Positions 47,153 through 57,746 of a DNA stretch of 64,000 nt are shown here, one piece after another. A model generated the notes under the pieces. It worked only from the letters and a program-made list of their open reading frames with translations, did not search any database and was not told where the DNA came from. Position numbers and translations under genes: made by a program. Origin of the DNA: Chthoniobacterales bacterium (GTDB taxonomy: Bacteria; Verrucomicrobiota; Verrucomicrobiia; Chthoniobacterales; Chthoniobacteraceae); NCBI GenBank assembly GCA_038208565.1, contig JBBQYR010000002.1:13234-77233 (forward strand), in the 5' to 3' direction. Within the stretch, counting starts at the first letter, position 1. Every line of letters begins with the position of its first letter.

Positions 47153-48444
47153 GCGGCAGGCGGGCGTTCGGCGGCACGCTGGCGAGCGCGCTCGCGCCAA
47201 AAGAGGGCGATGAGCAGCGCGGTCAGCGCGATGTTCACGCGCACGGGACCGGAGAAGGGGCTCATCCAGAAATCCCAAAAACTCGTGGCGAGAATGAAGA
47301 CACGCGACGGCAGCGTCCAATGCCAGGCCGCGTCGCTGAGGGCGAACCACATGGCCCAGATGATGCCGAGTCCGTAGGCAAAGAAGAAGAGGCCGCCGAA
47401 GATGCCGCCTTCCGCCAGCGTGACGAGGATCTGCGAGTGGATCGAAATGCCTTCGAAGTCATCGTCCTTGAACTGCATGCCGCCGCCCGCCGCGTGCGCT
47501 TTTTCGATGCGGATGAGGAGGAAGTTATCCATGAGATCGGACCTGCTGAACCATGAGCCCTGGCCGATCAGCGGCGATTCGACGAACCCCTTCCACGCCG
47601 CGGACAGCATCGAGAGGCGCTCGACGTTCGAGCGGTCCGCGCGGCCGCCCGTGTCGGCAAACATCTTCTGAAAGATCCACGGCGAAAGGGCCAGCACGCC
47701 AATCGCGCCGGCGGTCATGAATGCCTTGCGTGCGATTTTGGGGAGAGCCCGGATGGCTAACAGCGCACCGATCCCGATACAGATCGCGCCGAGACTGCGG
47801 AAGTCCATGAAGGCATTGAGCACGCCGACCGCGAGGCAACTCAGCGGCGCCGCCCAGTAGCCTAACAAACGCGGGGCAAGCAGCAGGACAAACGTGGTCA
47901 CGGGGTAGGCAAACCCGAATTTCCAATACTCGCCGAAGGTCGGCGGCGTGATGAGCAACTGGAGAAACGAGAAGCTCGCGCCGAGTTGAATGAAGGCGAA
48001 AGTGCGCTCGGTCGCGCCGAGCAGGAGCGCGAGGCCGCCGAGATCGATGAGCACGAAGACCATGCGCAGCCAGCCACGAATCATGTCCACGGGAGCACTC
48101 TCGCGCCACAGGTCGGTGACGATGTAGCTGACCAGCGCGAGACCCTGGCAAAGAGCGAAGATCGCGAGGAGACGCGGCGCGGGGAGCGGGGCGGGCAGAC
48201 GACTCGTGAGCGCCACCCACAAGATCGCGTGGCCTACGACCGCGAGGAGGATCAGTTCGCCGACCGGCATCGCGCCGACGAGTTGAATCGTCCACGAGCG
48301 CACGAGCCCGATGAGGAAGGCCGCGAGGCAATAGGCGAGGACGAGCGTGCGATTCACGCCGGGCGCGACGTCCGCAGACGCGGGTCTCGCGGGCGTCCAC
48401 GCGCCTTTGTCATCTTCGCTCCAAGTGGTCGATGGCGCGTTCAT
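47149..48444 (-). CDS. Wzy/O-antigen ligase-like polymerase
   Basis: Many TM helices, periplasmic loop with R...SPLIGQG and HSQIL. Start ATG 48444. Confidence 0.78.
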   Translation of the reverse strand: MNAPSTTWSEDDKGAWTPARPASADVAPGVNRTLVLAYCLAAFLIGLVRSWTIQLVGAMPVGELILLAVVGHAILWVALTSRLPAPLPAPRLLAIFALCQGLALVSYIVTDLWRESAPVDMIRGWLRMVFVLIDLGGLALLLGATERTFAFIQLGASFSFLQLLITPPTFGEYWKFGFAYPVTTFVLLLAPRLLGYWAAPLSCLAVGVLNAFMDFRSLGAICIGIGALLAIRALPKIARKAFMTAGAIGVLALSPWIFQKMFADTGGRADRSNVERLSMLSAAWKGFVESPLIGQGSWFSRSDLMDNFLLIRIEKAHAAGGGMQFKDDDFEGISIHSQILVTLAEGGIFGGLFFFAYGLGIIWAMWFALSDAAWHWTLPSRVFILATSFWDFWMSPFSGPVRVNIALTALLIALFWRERARQRAAERPPAA

Positions 48445-49751
48445 GTGGGCAGGAGCGAGACGGGTTGCCGCGCGACGTGTTCGGACGCTCGGGCTACGGG
48501 CGCAAGGCCCAGCAATTCCTCGTAAAGAGTGCGATGGGCGCTGGCCTGCCGGGCCACGCTGTAGCGGGCCACGGCACGCTCGCGCGCCGCCACCCGCATC
48601 GCCGCACGTCGCACGTCGTCGGACAGGATCGTTTGCAGGCAAGCCGTCAGGCCCGCGACATCGCCGGTCGGCGCGAGCAGGCCGCATTCGCCTTGTTCGA
48701 CAGCATCGACGACCCCGCCGGTCGCGAAACCGGCGACCGGGGTTCCGCAGGCCAGCGCCTCGATGACGGTGTTGGGAAAATTGTCCTGTAGCGTGGGGAT
48801 GACAAACACATCGGCGGCGTTGTAGGCATCGCGGATCGCGGCGACATCCGCGAGCCGCCCGAAATGGTGGTAGCTGGAACCGGACAGGGTTGTGGTGTCA
48901 CCTTCACCGATCGTGAGGACGCGGATGTGCGCCTGGCTCAAAAGCGGAGTGAGTGCCTGGAGCAGCAGGCTCCAGCCTTTGCGACTGTCGCGGAGCCGAT
49001 CCGCGACAAAAAGCACGACGCGATCTTCGGCTGTAAATCCCAGCCGTTGGCGAATCGCGAGGCGATCGACGGGGCGGAAAATATCGAGGTCGATCCCATT
49101 GGGGATGACCCGCGTAGTGAAGCGGCTGAAGAGGTGACTGCGGCGGACTTCGCCGGCGAGCCACTCGCTCGGGGTGAGGACGACCAGCCGCGACGCCGGG
49201 ATCTGCTCCAGCGCCCGCGCCTTCCGCTGGACGACGCGGAAGGTCACGTCGCGCGGATCATCGGAGCGCATCGCGGGACACGCGCCGCAGTTTTCGGCGA
49301 AGCGCCCGCAACCGCCATCGTAGTGGCAGCCGCCGGTGAAGGCGTTCATGTCGTGGAAGGTCCAGACGAGTGGGGCGCGGCGCGCGAGGCGCGGCAAGGA
49401 GCGAAAGTCGATGAAGTCGGAAACCCAATGCAGATGATGCACGTCCGCGGGAGGGAGTTGCGCGAGCGGGAGGCCGCCGAGCAGCGTCCAGTCGAGCGTG
49501 AACAACATGCCGTCCGGGAAAGTCACCTGCCGCTGGAGGCGGCGCGCGACGCGATAGAGGAAGTGATTGAGCGCGTCGGGCGCGCCGGGAGCGATCCGGT
49601 AGGCGCGCACGTTGTCGTGACTTCCCGAGGATTGCGCGACGAACATTGCGGACGACACGCCCTGCTCCGGTAACGCTTCGTGCAAGCGATGCGCCGCGAG
49701 GGCGGCTCCGCCCATCACGTCGGTGGTGCTGAGCTGGACGACGCGCATCAT
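48441..49751 (-). CDS. Glycosyltransferase family 4 (WcaC-like)
   Basis: GGAALAA, HLHW, WTFHDMNAFTGGCHY, CGACP, RKG, DNFPNTVIEA. Confidence 0.9.
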   Translation of the reverse strand: MMRVVQLSTTDVMGGAALAAHRLHEALPEQGVSSAMFVAQSSGSHDNVRAYRIAPGAPDALNHFLYRVARRLQRQVTFPDGMLFTLDWTLLGGLPLAQLPPADVHHLHWVSDFIDFRSLPRLARRAPLVWTFHDMNAFTGGCHYDGGCGRFAENCGACPAMRSDDPRDVTFRVVQRKARALEQIPASRLVVLTPSEWLAGEVRRSHLFSRFTTRVIPNGIDLDIFRPVDRLAIRQRLGFTAEDRVVLFVADRLRDSRKGWSLLLQALTPLLSQAHIRVLTIGEGDTTTLSGSSYHHFGRLADVAAIRDAYNAADVFVIPTLQDNFPNTVIEALACGTPVAGFATGGVVDAVEQGECGLLAPTGDVAGLTACLQTILSDDVRRAAMRVAARERAVARYSVARQASAHRTLYEELLGLAPVARASEHVARQPVSLLPT

Positions 49752-50356
49752 AGGCGGGCGCGCAGCCAGTGCAGGTGGCGTTTCCAGGCGGGAGCGGTTT
49801 CGAGGTGTCCGCCCGCGGCGCGCTCGGGCCACATCGACCACACGCGCGGCTCGCGCCGATCCAGCGGGCGCACGGGCTTCGCGGGGCTGCCGTAGGCGAT
49901 GCAGTTGGCGGGCAGTGATTTCGTGACCAGTGAGCGGGCGCCGATGACCACGTCGTCGCCGATTTCCACGCCCGCGCAGATCGTCACGCCGGTGCCGCAC
50001 CACACGCGATTGCCGATCGTGATGGGCGCGCCGCTGGGTTGGAGCGTGACCGGGTCGTGGGCTCCGCTGTTGATATTGAGGAGATCGCTCGCCATGAAAT
50101 CGTCGCCGATTTTCACCGGAGCCCAACTCACGATCCGCGAGTCGGCGCCGATAGTGACGTAACGCCCGAGGCGGAGATTGCGGCTGCCGAGAAAGCTCGT
50201 GCCGGGGGCGACGGCGACCGGTCCCTCGACTTGCACGCCCATCGCGCGGAGCAGCCAGAGCTGAGACCAGCCGCCGGTCGCCTGCAGATTGATCCGTGCC
50301 GATAGCGACACGGCGCTCTCAATCAGGGAATGCCAGATCGTGGGGACGTGCAGCAT
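49748..50356 (-). CDS. Hexapeptide-repeat O-acetyltransferase
   Basis: PITIGNRVWCG, GVEIGDDVVIGARSLVTKSLP, GSPAK. Confidence 0.9.
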   Translation of the reverse strand: MLHVPTIWHSLIESAVSLSARINLQATGGWSQLWLLRAMGVQVEGPVAVAPGTSFLGSRNLRLGRYVTIGADSRIVSWAPVKIGDDFMASDLLNINSGAHDPVTLQPSGAPITIGNRVWCGTGVTICAGVEIGDDVVIGARSLVTKSLPANCIAYGSPAKPVRPLDRREPRVWSMWPERAAGGHLETAPAWKRHLHWLRARL

Positions 50357-50359
50357 CGG

Positions 50360-51748
50360 TCAGGAGACTTTCTCCGCAGTGATGAGCGCGGCGGTGTCAG
50401 CCTCCGGTGCGGACGGGCGACGATGAGCGCGCAGGATGAGCAGGCTCTCCACGATGTTTCCGAGGAAGATGAACGGCACGAAACCGAGGAGCAGACCGAT
50501 CGGCAGCGCGTTCACGCCGAGGCGCGGGATGAGCAGGAAAATCGCGGTGAGAGCGGCCACCATCGAGATTAGCGAATAGACGGTCGCGCGGCGCACTTTC
50601 GAAAGTCCGGCGAGCAGGAAACCGAACGGCTGCTGCAGCACCGTGACGGCGTTCCACGCGATAAGCAGCCAGACGAGCGACATGGGCGGCAGCGCCGCTT
50701 CGCCCCGCGTCCACCAGGCGATGATGGCAGGCACGAAAGAACCGACCGCAATCATCGGCAGCACCGCGAGCGCGGTGACGATGCCGACCGAGCGCCAGAG
50801 CGTGCGCCGGATCCACGTCCAGTCGCCGCGCGCCTTGGCCTCGGTGTAAGCGGGCCAAACGGGCAGCAGCACGGCATTGGCCACGACCATGAAGAGGTTG
50901 AGCACGCGCTGGGTGAGATTGAAGGGGGTGACTTCCGCCGCGCCGAGCGTAGCCGAGAGAATGAGCGGCGGCGCGCTGAAGAGGACCATGGTGGCGATCT
51001 GCTGGAGGAAGAAAAAGATGCCGAGGTGCGAGAGTTCGCGGAGCAGCGGTGGTTCAAACTGCCGCAGCGAAAGACGCAGCCAGCCGAGCCGGCGGAGCAT
51101 GAAAAGGAGGAAGCCGAGATTGACCAGCGCGCCGGCGGCGAAGGTGAGGACGAAGAACGTGGTGAGGCCCACGTGCAGCCACGCTCCGACCGCCACGCCC
51201 GCGAGGAGCGCGACCTGCGAGACGGTCTGCGCGACATTGTGCGCCCAGCCGAGTTGCGCGCCGTAGGCGAGGCGCTGGCCGAGCCCCAGCGGGATATTGG
51301 CGCACCAGATGATCGCCACCACGAGGATCGCCGGGCCAGTCGCCGCGGCCACCGCGGGGTCGGTGATGCGCAGCATTCCCGCGAGATCGGCAAACAGGCA
51401 GACGGGCACGACCACCGCGAGGAGCAGCAACATCACGCCCACGAGGAAGACTAGGCCAGTCAGGAAAATGCGGCGCGCCGCCGGCTCATCGCTGCGCCCG
51501 AGCGCCTCGGCGATCTTGTTTTGCACGCCGAGCCCGACGCCGAAATCGGTGAACGCGAGGATGAAGCCGAGGCTGAACAGCGTGACCCAAAGGCCAAACG
51601 CTTCATTGCCGAGCAGGTACAGGGCGATCGGCACCTGCAGGAGCTGGCAGCCGATGCCCAGCCCGCGCGAAGCAAGCGAGGTGGCGAAGAACGCGAGGAT
51701 GGATCGCTCGCGTTTTTTGACGTGATCGGCGGCCCCGGTCGCGCTCAT
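50360..51748 (-). CDS. wzx: Oligosaccharide flippase
   Basis: About 12 TM helices, LGNEAFGLW, DFGVG, EPS locus context. Start ATG 51748. Confidence 0.85.
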   Translation of the reverse strand: MSATGAADHVKKRERSILAFFATSLASRGLGIGCQLLQVPIALYLLGNEAFGLWVTLFSLGFILAFTDFGVGLGVQNKIAEALGRSDEPAARRIFLTGLVFLVGVMLLLLAVVVPVCLFADLAGMLRITDPAVAAATGPAILVVAIIWCANIPLGLGQRLAYGAQLGWAHNVAQTVSQVALLAGVAVGAWLHVGLTTFFVLTFAAGALVNLGFLLFMLRRLGWLRLSLRQFEPPLLRELSHLGIFFFLQQIATMVLFSAPPLILSATLGAAEVTPFNLTQRVLNLFMVVANAVLLPVWPAYTEAKARGDWTWIRRTLWRSVGIVTALAVLPMIAVGSFVPAIIAWWTRGEAALPPMSLVWLLIAWNAVTVLQQPFGFLLAGLSKVRRATVYSLISMVAALTAIFLLIPRLGVNALPIGLLLGFVPFIFLGNIVESLLILRAHRRPSAPEADTAALITAEKVS

Positions 51749-54201
51749 GCGGCAGATGCGTTGCGGACCGCGAGTTCGCGCGCCGCGAGGAAGCGTCGCA
51801 TCAGCCCGACGGTTTTCTGAGCAGCCGCGTCCCAATTCAAACGCTCCTCGTAAAGCCGCCGCCCGTTTCGCGCGCAGGCTTCGTAGATCGCCGGGTCCTG
51901 CCACATGGCGTGCAGGCGCTCGGCGTAGGCGGCAGGCGGCGCATCCGCCGGGAGCAGCCAGCCGTTGACTCCATTTTCGACGATCGAGGGAACGCCGCCG
52001 ACATCCGTGGCGACACACGGCAGGCCGAAGGCGCTTGATTCGCAGAAGACGAGTCCGTAGGCCTCGGCGCGGCTCGGCATGAAAAAGAAGTGCGACTCTC
52101 GGAGGTGCTGCTTGATGAGCTGGCGGCCTTCTTCGGTCGCCTTGCTGATGAAGCCGAGGACTTTCACATTGTCCGGCAAGCGCGTGCCGGGGGGCGGCTG
52201 ACAGCCGATGATCGTGAGCTGCGCTTTGACGCCGAGCCGTTCCAGCTCATCCAGCGCCGCGACCGCGATGTCGGCTCCCTTGCGTTTCCAATCCACGCCG
52301 ATGAAGAGCAACCGGCAAACATCGCGTCCGCGTTGATCGATCGCCGCGTGGATCTCGGCGGTCGTCGGGACATTTTTCAGATTCGCGCCAAAGCGCACGA
52401 CATGTAGCCGCGCGGGATCGACCCGATACGCGCGGCGGACGGAATCGGCAGCCCAGTCGGAGGAGTAGATCGCGAGTGCCGCGCGATCGAGCGCGGCCTG
52501 ATCGGAGTCGTCTCCGTCGCGAATGCTGCCCGGGTGCAATGAGGTGTAGGACTCGTAGAAATCCTTCATGCCGGCAAAGGAGGCATCGACCCAGAAGGCG
52601 ATCGGCACCTCCGTCTTTACGCAAGCAATCGGCGCGGTGCCGGGGCAGAAAAGGAAATCGTAGTCCTGCCCGGCGAGCGCCTCTTCGATCTGGCGCGCGT
52701 AGGAGTGGAGCAGCGCGGGATCGCGGTCGCGCAGATACCGCCGGCCGGTCAGGAGCTTGATCGCGCCGAATTTTGCCAGGCGCCAGAGCTGGCGGCGGCG
52801 GCTCTGGAGGAGGATGCGATGCAACTGGAGACCTTGTCTTTCCAAGGCCTGCCAGAGGAAATGCGGCAGGCCCGACCACGAGCCGATCTGCGCAGGGTCG
52901 AAATATTCATTGGCCACAAAAGCCACGCGCAGCGGCCGGGTGCCGGTCGTCTCCGAATCCTCGGGCAGTCTTTCGGGGAGTGAATCGTAAGCGGGCACTT
53001 CCATGGCGGATGCCGGAGAAAGAGCACGGTGCATTCCGTCCGGCAACGCCTTGCTCTTTGCCGGCGGCGCCTCGACCCGCGCGAGGAAGGAGCGGGAGAA
53101 GGATTCCCAGTTCAGTCGCTGCTCGAATTCCTGAAAAGAATTCTGCGCCATCTCCACGTAGCGACCGCGCGGCTCGAGGGTTTTCAGGATGGCGTCGCCG
53201 TAGCACTCGGCCCCGGCTTCCAGCGGCAGCGCGAAGCCATTCACTCCATCGCGGATCACGCCCGGGATGCCGCCCGTGGCGGTGGAAATCGCCGGCAGGC
53301 CAAACGCATTGGCCTCGCAGAAGACCATGCCGTAAGCCTCGGCACGCGACGGCACGAAAAGGAAATGGGCCTGCTGGTAGAGCTGGGTCAGGGCCTTAGC
53401 CTGCTCCTGATTGCGGGCCGAGAGCAGGCCGTGGGTGTGGAGATAATCGAGGTGCCGATAGCTGGCCGGCGGCACACAACCGACGACATCGACCTGCACG
53501 TCGAGGCCCCGGGCGCGCAGCCATTCCGCCGTCGCCATCACGATGTCCCCGCCTTTGCGCTTCCACTCCCGCCCGACAAAAAGCAGCCGCACCGTGTCGC
53601 GCGCAGCGCGTTCCTCGATCCACGGCCACACGTCTTCGCGCCGATTGTCGCGACCGAAATTTGCACCAAAGGGGATGACCGCCACTTTCGCCGGATCGGC
53701 GCCGTAGTGGGCGATGGCTTGATCCGCCGCCCACTGCGTCGGATAGACCGCCAGAGCCGACTGGGCGATCACGCGCGCTTCGAGCTTCTCCGAAAGCGCG
53801 AGCTGCCGTGGGTTCAGCCGCGTGAAGGCCTCGTAATAATCGATCATCGCGCAAAACGGCGCGTCGGCACAGAAGGTCACGGGCAGGTCCGTCTCGAGAT
53901 AGCTGAGTGGAAGCGTGCTCGGGCTGAAGACGAAATTGGCCGGCGTCTCCTTGAGGCTGACGTGCAGTTGATTGGCGAAGCTGCGCAGGAGCGATTCCTC
54001 GCGGTCCAGCAGATAACGCTGGTGCAGCATGAGGCTGCGGATTTTCTGATACTTGCGTTGCCACACCCCGACTTCCTCGAGCGGGAAATGCTCGCGCACT
54101 TCCACCCCGAGGCGCTGGAAATTGCGCAGGATGGAGTGCGGCCGCCCGGACTGGACCGAGGGCGACGCGGCGTTCAGGTGATAGACAAACGCGGCGGTCA
54201 T
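51745..54201 (-). CDS. Tandem GT4-GT4 glycosyltransferase
   Basis: Two homologous halves: [10 protein letters not shown] / [10 protein letters not shown] and [14 protein letters not shown] / [14 protein letters not shown]. Confidence 0.9.
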   Translation of the reverse strand: MTAAFVYHLNAASPSVQSGRPHSILRNFQRLGVEVREHFPLEEVGVWQRKYQKIRSLMLHQRYLLDREESLLRSFANQLHVSLKETPANFVFSPSTLPLSYLETDLPVTFCADAPFCAMIDYYEAFTRLNPRQLALSEKLEARVIAQSALAVYPTQWAADQAIAHYGADPAKVAVIPFGANFGRDNRREDVWPWIEERAARDTVRLLFVGREWKRKGGDIVMATAEWLRARGLDVQVDVVGCVPPASYRHLDYLHTHGLLSARNQEQAKALTQLYQQAHFLFVPSRAEAYGMVFCEANAFGLPAISTATGGIPGVIRDGVNGFALPLEAGAECYGDAILKTLEPRGRYVEMAQNSFQEFEQRLNWESFSRSFLARVEAPPAKSKALPDGMHRALSPASAMEVPAYDSLPERLPEDSETTGTRPLRVAFVANEYFDPAQIGSWSGLPHFLWQALERQGLQLHRILLQSRRRQLWRLAKFGAIKLLTGRRYLRDRDPALLHSYARQIEEALAGQDYDFLFCPGTAPIACVKTEVPIAFWVDASFAGMKDFYESYTSLHPGSIRDGDDSDQAALDRAALAIYSSDWAADSVRRAYRVDPARLHVVRFGANLKNVPTTAEIHAAIDQRGRDVCRLLFIGVDWKRKGADIAVAALDELERLGVKAQLTIIGCQPPPGTRLPDNVKVLGFISKATEEGRQLIKQHLRESHFFFMPSRAEAYGLVFCESSAFGLPCVATDVGGVPSIVENGVNGWLLPADAPPAAYAERLHAMWQDPAIYEACARNGRRLYEERLNWDAAAQKTVGLMRRFLAARELAVRNASAA

Positions 54202-55220
54202 TCCAGAACGCCCGCCATGGCATCCACGAGGTGCAGCGGGATGTCGTCGAGCAGGGCGAGGTCGGCATCGACCATGAGTTCGATCAGTTCCTTAAAACGC
54301 GTCTTTGGTTCCCAGCCGAGCTTGGCCTGCGCCTTGGCTGGATCGCCGATCAGCAGGTCCACTTCCGCCGGGCGCTCGTAGCGCGCGTCGTATTTCACGA
54401 ATTCCTTCCAATCCAACCCCGCCTGGGAAAACGCCACTTCGCAGAGTTCCTGAATGGTGTGGGTCTCGTTCGTCGCCAGCACGTAATCATCGGGCTCCGG
54501 CTGCTGGAGCATCCGCCACATGCCTTCCACATATTCCTTGGCGTAACCCCAGTCGCGTTTGGATTCCAGATTGCCGAGAAAGAGCTCCTTCTGCCGCCCC
54601 TTCTTGATCGCGGCGACCGCGCGCGTCACCTTGCGCGTGACGAAGGTTTCGCCGCGGCGCGGGCTCTCGTGGTTGAAGAGGATGCCGTTGCTTGCGTGCA
54701 TCCCGTAGCTCTCGCGGTAGTTCACCGTGGCCCAATAGGCATACACTTTCGCGACGCCATACGGACTGCGCGGCCAGAAAGGCGTCGTCTCCGTTTGCGG
54801 TACCGCCTGCACTTTGCCAAACATCTCGCTCGAACTGGCTTGGTAAAAGCGCGCGGGCACTTTCGCTTCGCGGATCGCTTCGAGAATGCGGATCGTCCCG
54901 AGCCCGGTCACGTCGCCGGTATTCTCGGGAATGTCGAAGCTCACCCGCACGTGGCTCTGCGCGCCCAGGTGGTAGATTTCATCCGGCCCGATGCGGTCGA
55001 TCAGGCGCGTGAGATTCAGCGAATCCGACAAGTCTCCGTAGTGCAGGAAAAGCCGCACGCCATTGATGTGTGGATCCTGATAGAGGTGGTCGATCCGCGA
55101 AGTGTTGAAGGTCGAGGCGCGGCGGATGATGCCGTGGACTTCGTAACCTTTGGCGAGCAGCAGGTCCGCGAGGTACGAACCATCCTGCCCAGTGATACCA
55201 GTAATCAGTGCTTTTTTCAT
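54198..55220 (-). CDS. gmd: GDP-mannose 4,6-dehydratase
   Basis: [48 protein letters not shown]. Confidence 0.98.
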   Translation of the reverse strand: MKKALITGITGQDGSYLADLLLAKGYEVHGIIRRASTFNTSRIDHLYQDPHINGVRLFLHYGDLSDSLNLTRLIDRIGPDEIYHLGAQSHVRVSFDIPENTGDVTGLGTIRILEAIREAKVPARFYQASSSEMFGKVQAVPQTETTPFWPRSPYGVAKVYAYWATVNYRESYGMHASNGILFNHESPRRGETFVTRKVTRAVAAIKKGRQKELFLGNLESKRDWGYAKEYVEGMWRMLQQPEPDDYVLATNETHTIQELCEVAFSQAGLDWKEFVKYDARYERPAEVDLLIGDPAKAQAKLGWEPKTRFKELIELMVDADLALLDDIPLHLVDAMAGVLE

Positions 55221-55291
55221 GTGGCTGTTGCCGCTCGCTCCCGGCCCACGGCGCTCACGCGCAGTCGGCGGATCGTCTCGCGGCTCTGGGG

Positions 55292-55906
55292 TTAGAACAG
55301 GCTTTCGCCGATGGTGATGATGTCACCGGGTTTGACTTCGACCGGCGCGACCCGGTCGTCACGGGCCATGGTTTTCGCGTTCAAACGCAGGACGGACTCC
55401 TGGCCGCTGCTCTTGCGCCGCAGCGTCACTTTCCCCGCGTCCGCGATGCGCGTATAACCACCGGCCATGGCGATCGCGTCGAGCAGCGTGATCTTCTCCC
55501 GCTCGGGAATGTCGTAGCTGCCCGGCTTCTGCACCTGGCCGAGCACGGTGAAGCGCCGCTTGCCGTAGTCCATCACGGTCACGCTGACCTGCGGGTTCAC
55601 GAGGTAGTCTTTGGCGAGCGCCTCGCGAATCAGCGCCGCGGCATCCTGGGGCGTGCGCCCGCCGATGCCGACCACGCCGATCAGCGGAAAAGTGATCGTC
55701 CCTTTCGGGGAGATGCGCAGCTTGGCCTCGAGATCGTCTTCCTGAAAAACTTTGATCTCCACGACATCGTTCGGCGCGAGGACGTAGGAGGCTTCATCGG
55801 CCGCGGAGGCGAGCGACGGACACATGCAGGCCACGGTCGGCAGCAAGGCGAGCAGGCAGAGCAGGGTGCGCAGGAGTGGTGGACAAGCCAAGGGATCAGG
55901 GTTCAT
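55292..55906 (-). CDS. wza: Short polysaccharide export (OPX/Wza-like) protein
   Basis: Poly_export ([23 protein letters not shown]) plus one SLBB domain (GQVQKPG, AIAMAGG); ends [11 protein letters not shown]. Confidence 0.88.
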   Translation of the reverse strand: MNPDPLACPPLLRTLLCLLALLPTVACMCPSLASAADEASYVLAPNDVVEIKVFQEDDLEAKLRISPKGTITFPLIGVVGIGGRTPQDAAALIREALAKDYLVNPQVSVTVMDYGKRRFTVLGQVQKPGSYDIPEREKITLLDAIAMAGGYTRIADAGKVTLRRKSSGQESVLRLNAKTMARDDRVAPVEVKPGDIITIGESLF

Positions 55907-56238
55907 ACGAGGCGGGTTGCCGGGCGTGCAGACGCCGGAGCGGCGGCGCAAGCCGCGGCGGGTTTGGGAGTGAGGGAAGTGGCGTGGGGGGCGCTGCGAA
56001 GGGCAACGACCATGTCAGCAGATGCCCGGATCGAATCGCTGGCCTGCGAGTGATTGCGCCCTGCCGGGAATGCGCGTCTTGATCAGAGATTTTGGACGTG
56101 TCTTCACGGAGGCGCCCTTTAGCAGGATCGGGACCACGAGCCCTTTCCAGAGTATCGCCCTCCCAGAAGGCAGATCAGAGATGAGCAAAAGTCTCCACGG
56201 TGAACAAAAACCCGCCCGCAGGCCAAAGTGGGGCCAGC

Positions 56239-57570
56239 TCAAAAAAGGACGTTGAAAATGACCGTCGCCCTGGTCGCGTCGAAGCTCCGCTGGAAATCGG
56301 TCGAGTCGTTGCTGCGGAACTCGCCGGTCACTTCACAGGTCATCCAACTCGTGAGCCCGAAGCCGAAACCGAGACGCACGAAATACAGATCGTCCTCGCG
56401 GCCCGCCTCGGCATCGCCGTCATACTTCGAGTGCTGATAACCGCCGCTCAGGTCGAAAAAGAGCCGCTGAAACAACCGCTGCCGATACTGCAGGCGCACG
56501 CCGGTCGCCGTGTAATTTTCGCCCACCGCGCCCGAGGCGAGCACGCGATTGTAAGCCTCCAGCGTCAGCATCGAGCTGTCCGTCGGTGTCCAGTCGGCGA
56601 AGAGCGAAAATACGCCGTTCGTCTGATCACCCGCGCCTTCCGTCTGGCGAAACTCCGGGCCAGCCACGAGGCCGACGCTGAGCTTTTCCGAAGGCTGATA
56701 CTGCACCCGCACTTGCGCTTCCTCGAAGTTATCCGTCGGCCCCGGACTGCGCTCGAGGTGGCCGTAAACGAGGCCAAACGCGACCGTCGTTTTCGGCATG
56801 ATCTGGTAGTTCAGCCACGTCTCCCCGCGCCACTCCTGCGCGTCCACGTAGCCGCCGCTGTAGTTTACGCCCTCGTAGTAGGCGTTGAATTCCAGCGCTG
56901 TCTTCCCGGTGAGCTGGTAGCGCGAGATGATCGCCGCCGATAGGCGCTGCGACTCGACGCGACCGCCGATGTCTTCCGACGACGCGTTCAGCGTTTGAAA
57001 GCCCGCGCGCACTCCGACGGTCAGCTTTTGAAAAGACCACTCGCCCTCGATCTTGGCGTTTTGGTTCACGGAATCCTGATCCGTGTTTTCGAGAAAGTGG
57101 ACGATCGTCGGCGAGTAGCTGACGTAGAAATAGTTCTGATCCGCGAGGCGCTCGAAGCGGTAGCGGAAGGTGTCCGCACCGATGAGGTTGCTCTTGAAAT
57201 CGCCGAAACCCACAGCCGCGCCGGGCGAGATCGCGAAGATGAAGTCGGAGGTTTCGTTCGTCGGCGAGATGAAGATGTTGCTGTCGTACTGCGCGCTCAA
57301 CTGGCCGTGAAGCACGTAGCCAAAACGCTGGTCGTTAAACCCGCCGCCGGACGGGATCTCGCCCTGGTTCGGGAAGAGCGTGATGCTTTCGATCGTCGGC
57401 CCGGGCGAGTGCGGGAGGTCGGTGACCGGCTCGATCGACGGACTCAGCGTGCTGTCCGCGACGGTCTCGGGCGAGGGTTCCGGGAGTGATGGCGGGAGCT
57501 CATCCGGCGTTTGCGCGTAGAGACGACCGCACGCAACGAGAACGCTCGAAAAGAGCACCATCGTCTTCAT
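56239..57570 (-). CDS. Outer membrane beta-barrel protein, EPS-associated
   Basis: Signal peptide, YDSNIF motif, amphipathic beta strands, C-terminal Phe. Start 57570 or 57606. Confidence 0.85.
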   Translation of the reverse strand: MKTMVLFSSVLVACGRLYAQTPDELPPSLPEPSPETVADSTLSPSIEPVTDLPHSPGPTIESITLFPNQGEIPSGGGFNDQRFGYVLHGQLSAQYDSNIFISPTNETSDFIFAISPGAAVGFGDFKSNLIGADTFRYRFERLADQNYFYVSYSPTIVHFLENTDQDSVNQNAKIEGEWSFQKLTVGVRAGFQTLNASSEDIGGRVESQRLSAAIISRYQLTGKTALEFNAYYEGVNYSGGYVDAQEWRGETWLNYQIMPKTTVAFGLVYGHLERSPGPTDNFEEAQVRVQYQPSEKLSVGLVAGPEFRQTEGAGDQTNGVFSLFADWTPTDSSMLTLEAYNRVLASGAVGENYTATGVRLQYRQRLFQRLFFDLSGGYQHSKYDGDAEAGREDDLYFVRLGFGFGLTSWMTCEVTGEFRSNDSTDFQRSFDATRATVIFNVLF

Positions 57571-57746
57571 CCGTGCTGATATCCCTGGGCAGCTTGGATC
57601 CCTCATGAAGCGGAGGGAGTAAGTCCCTCCAAGCCTACGCCGTCAACCGCTATGTTTCCCCCGCCTGCGTTCGCTGCCACGACACTTCCTTCCCGACGCG
57701 AGCCGCGCTATATCAACGCCGACACGTCCCTTCCCGTCCCCCGACC

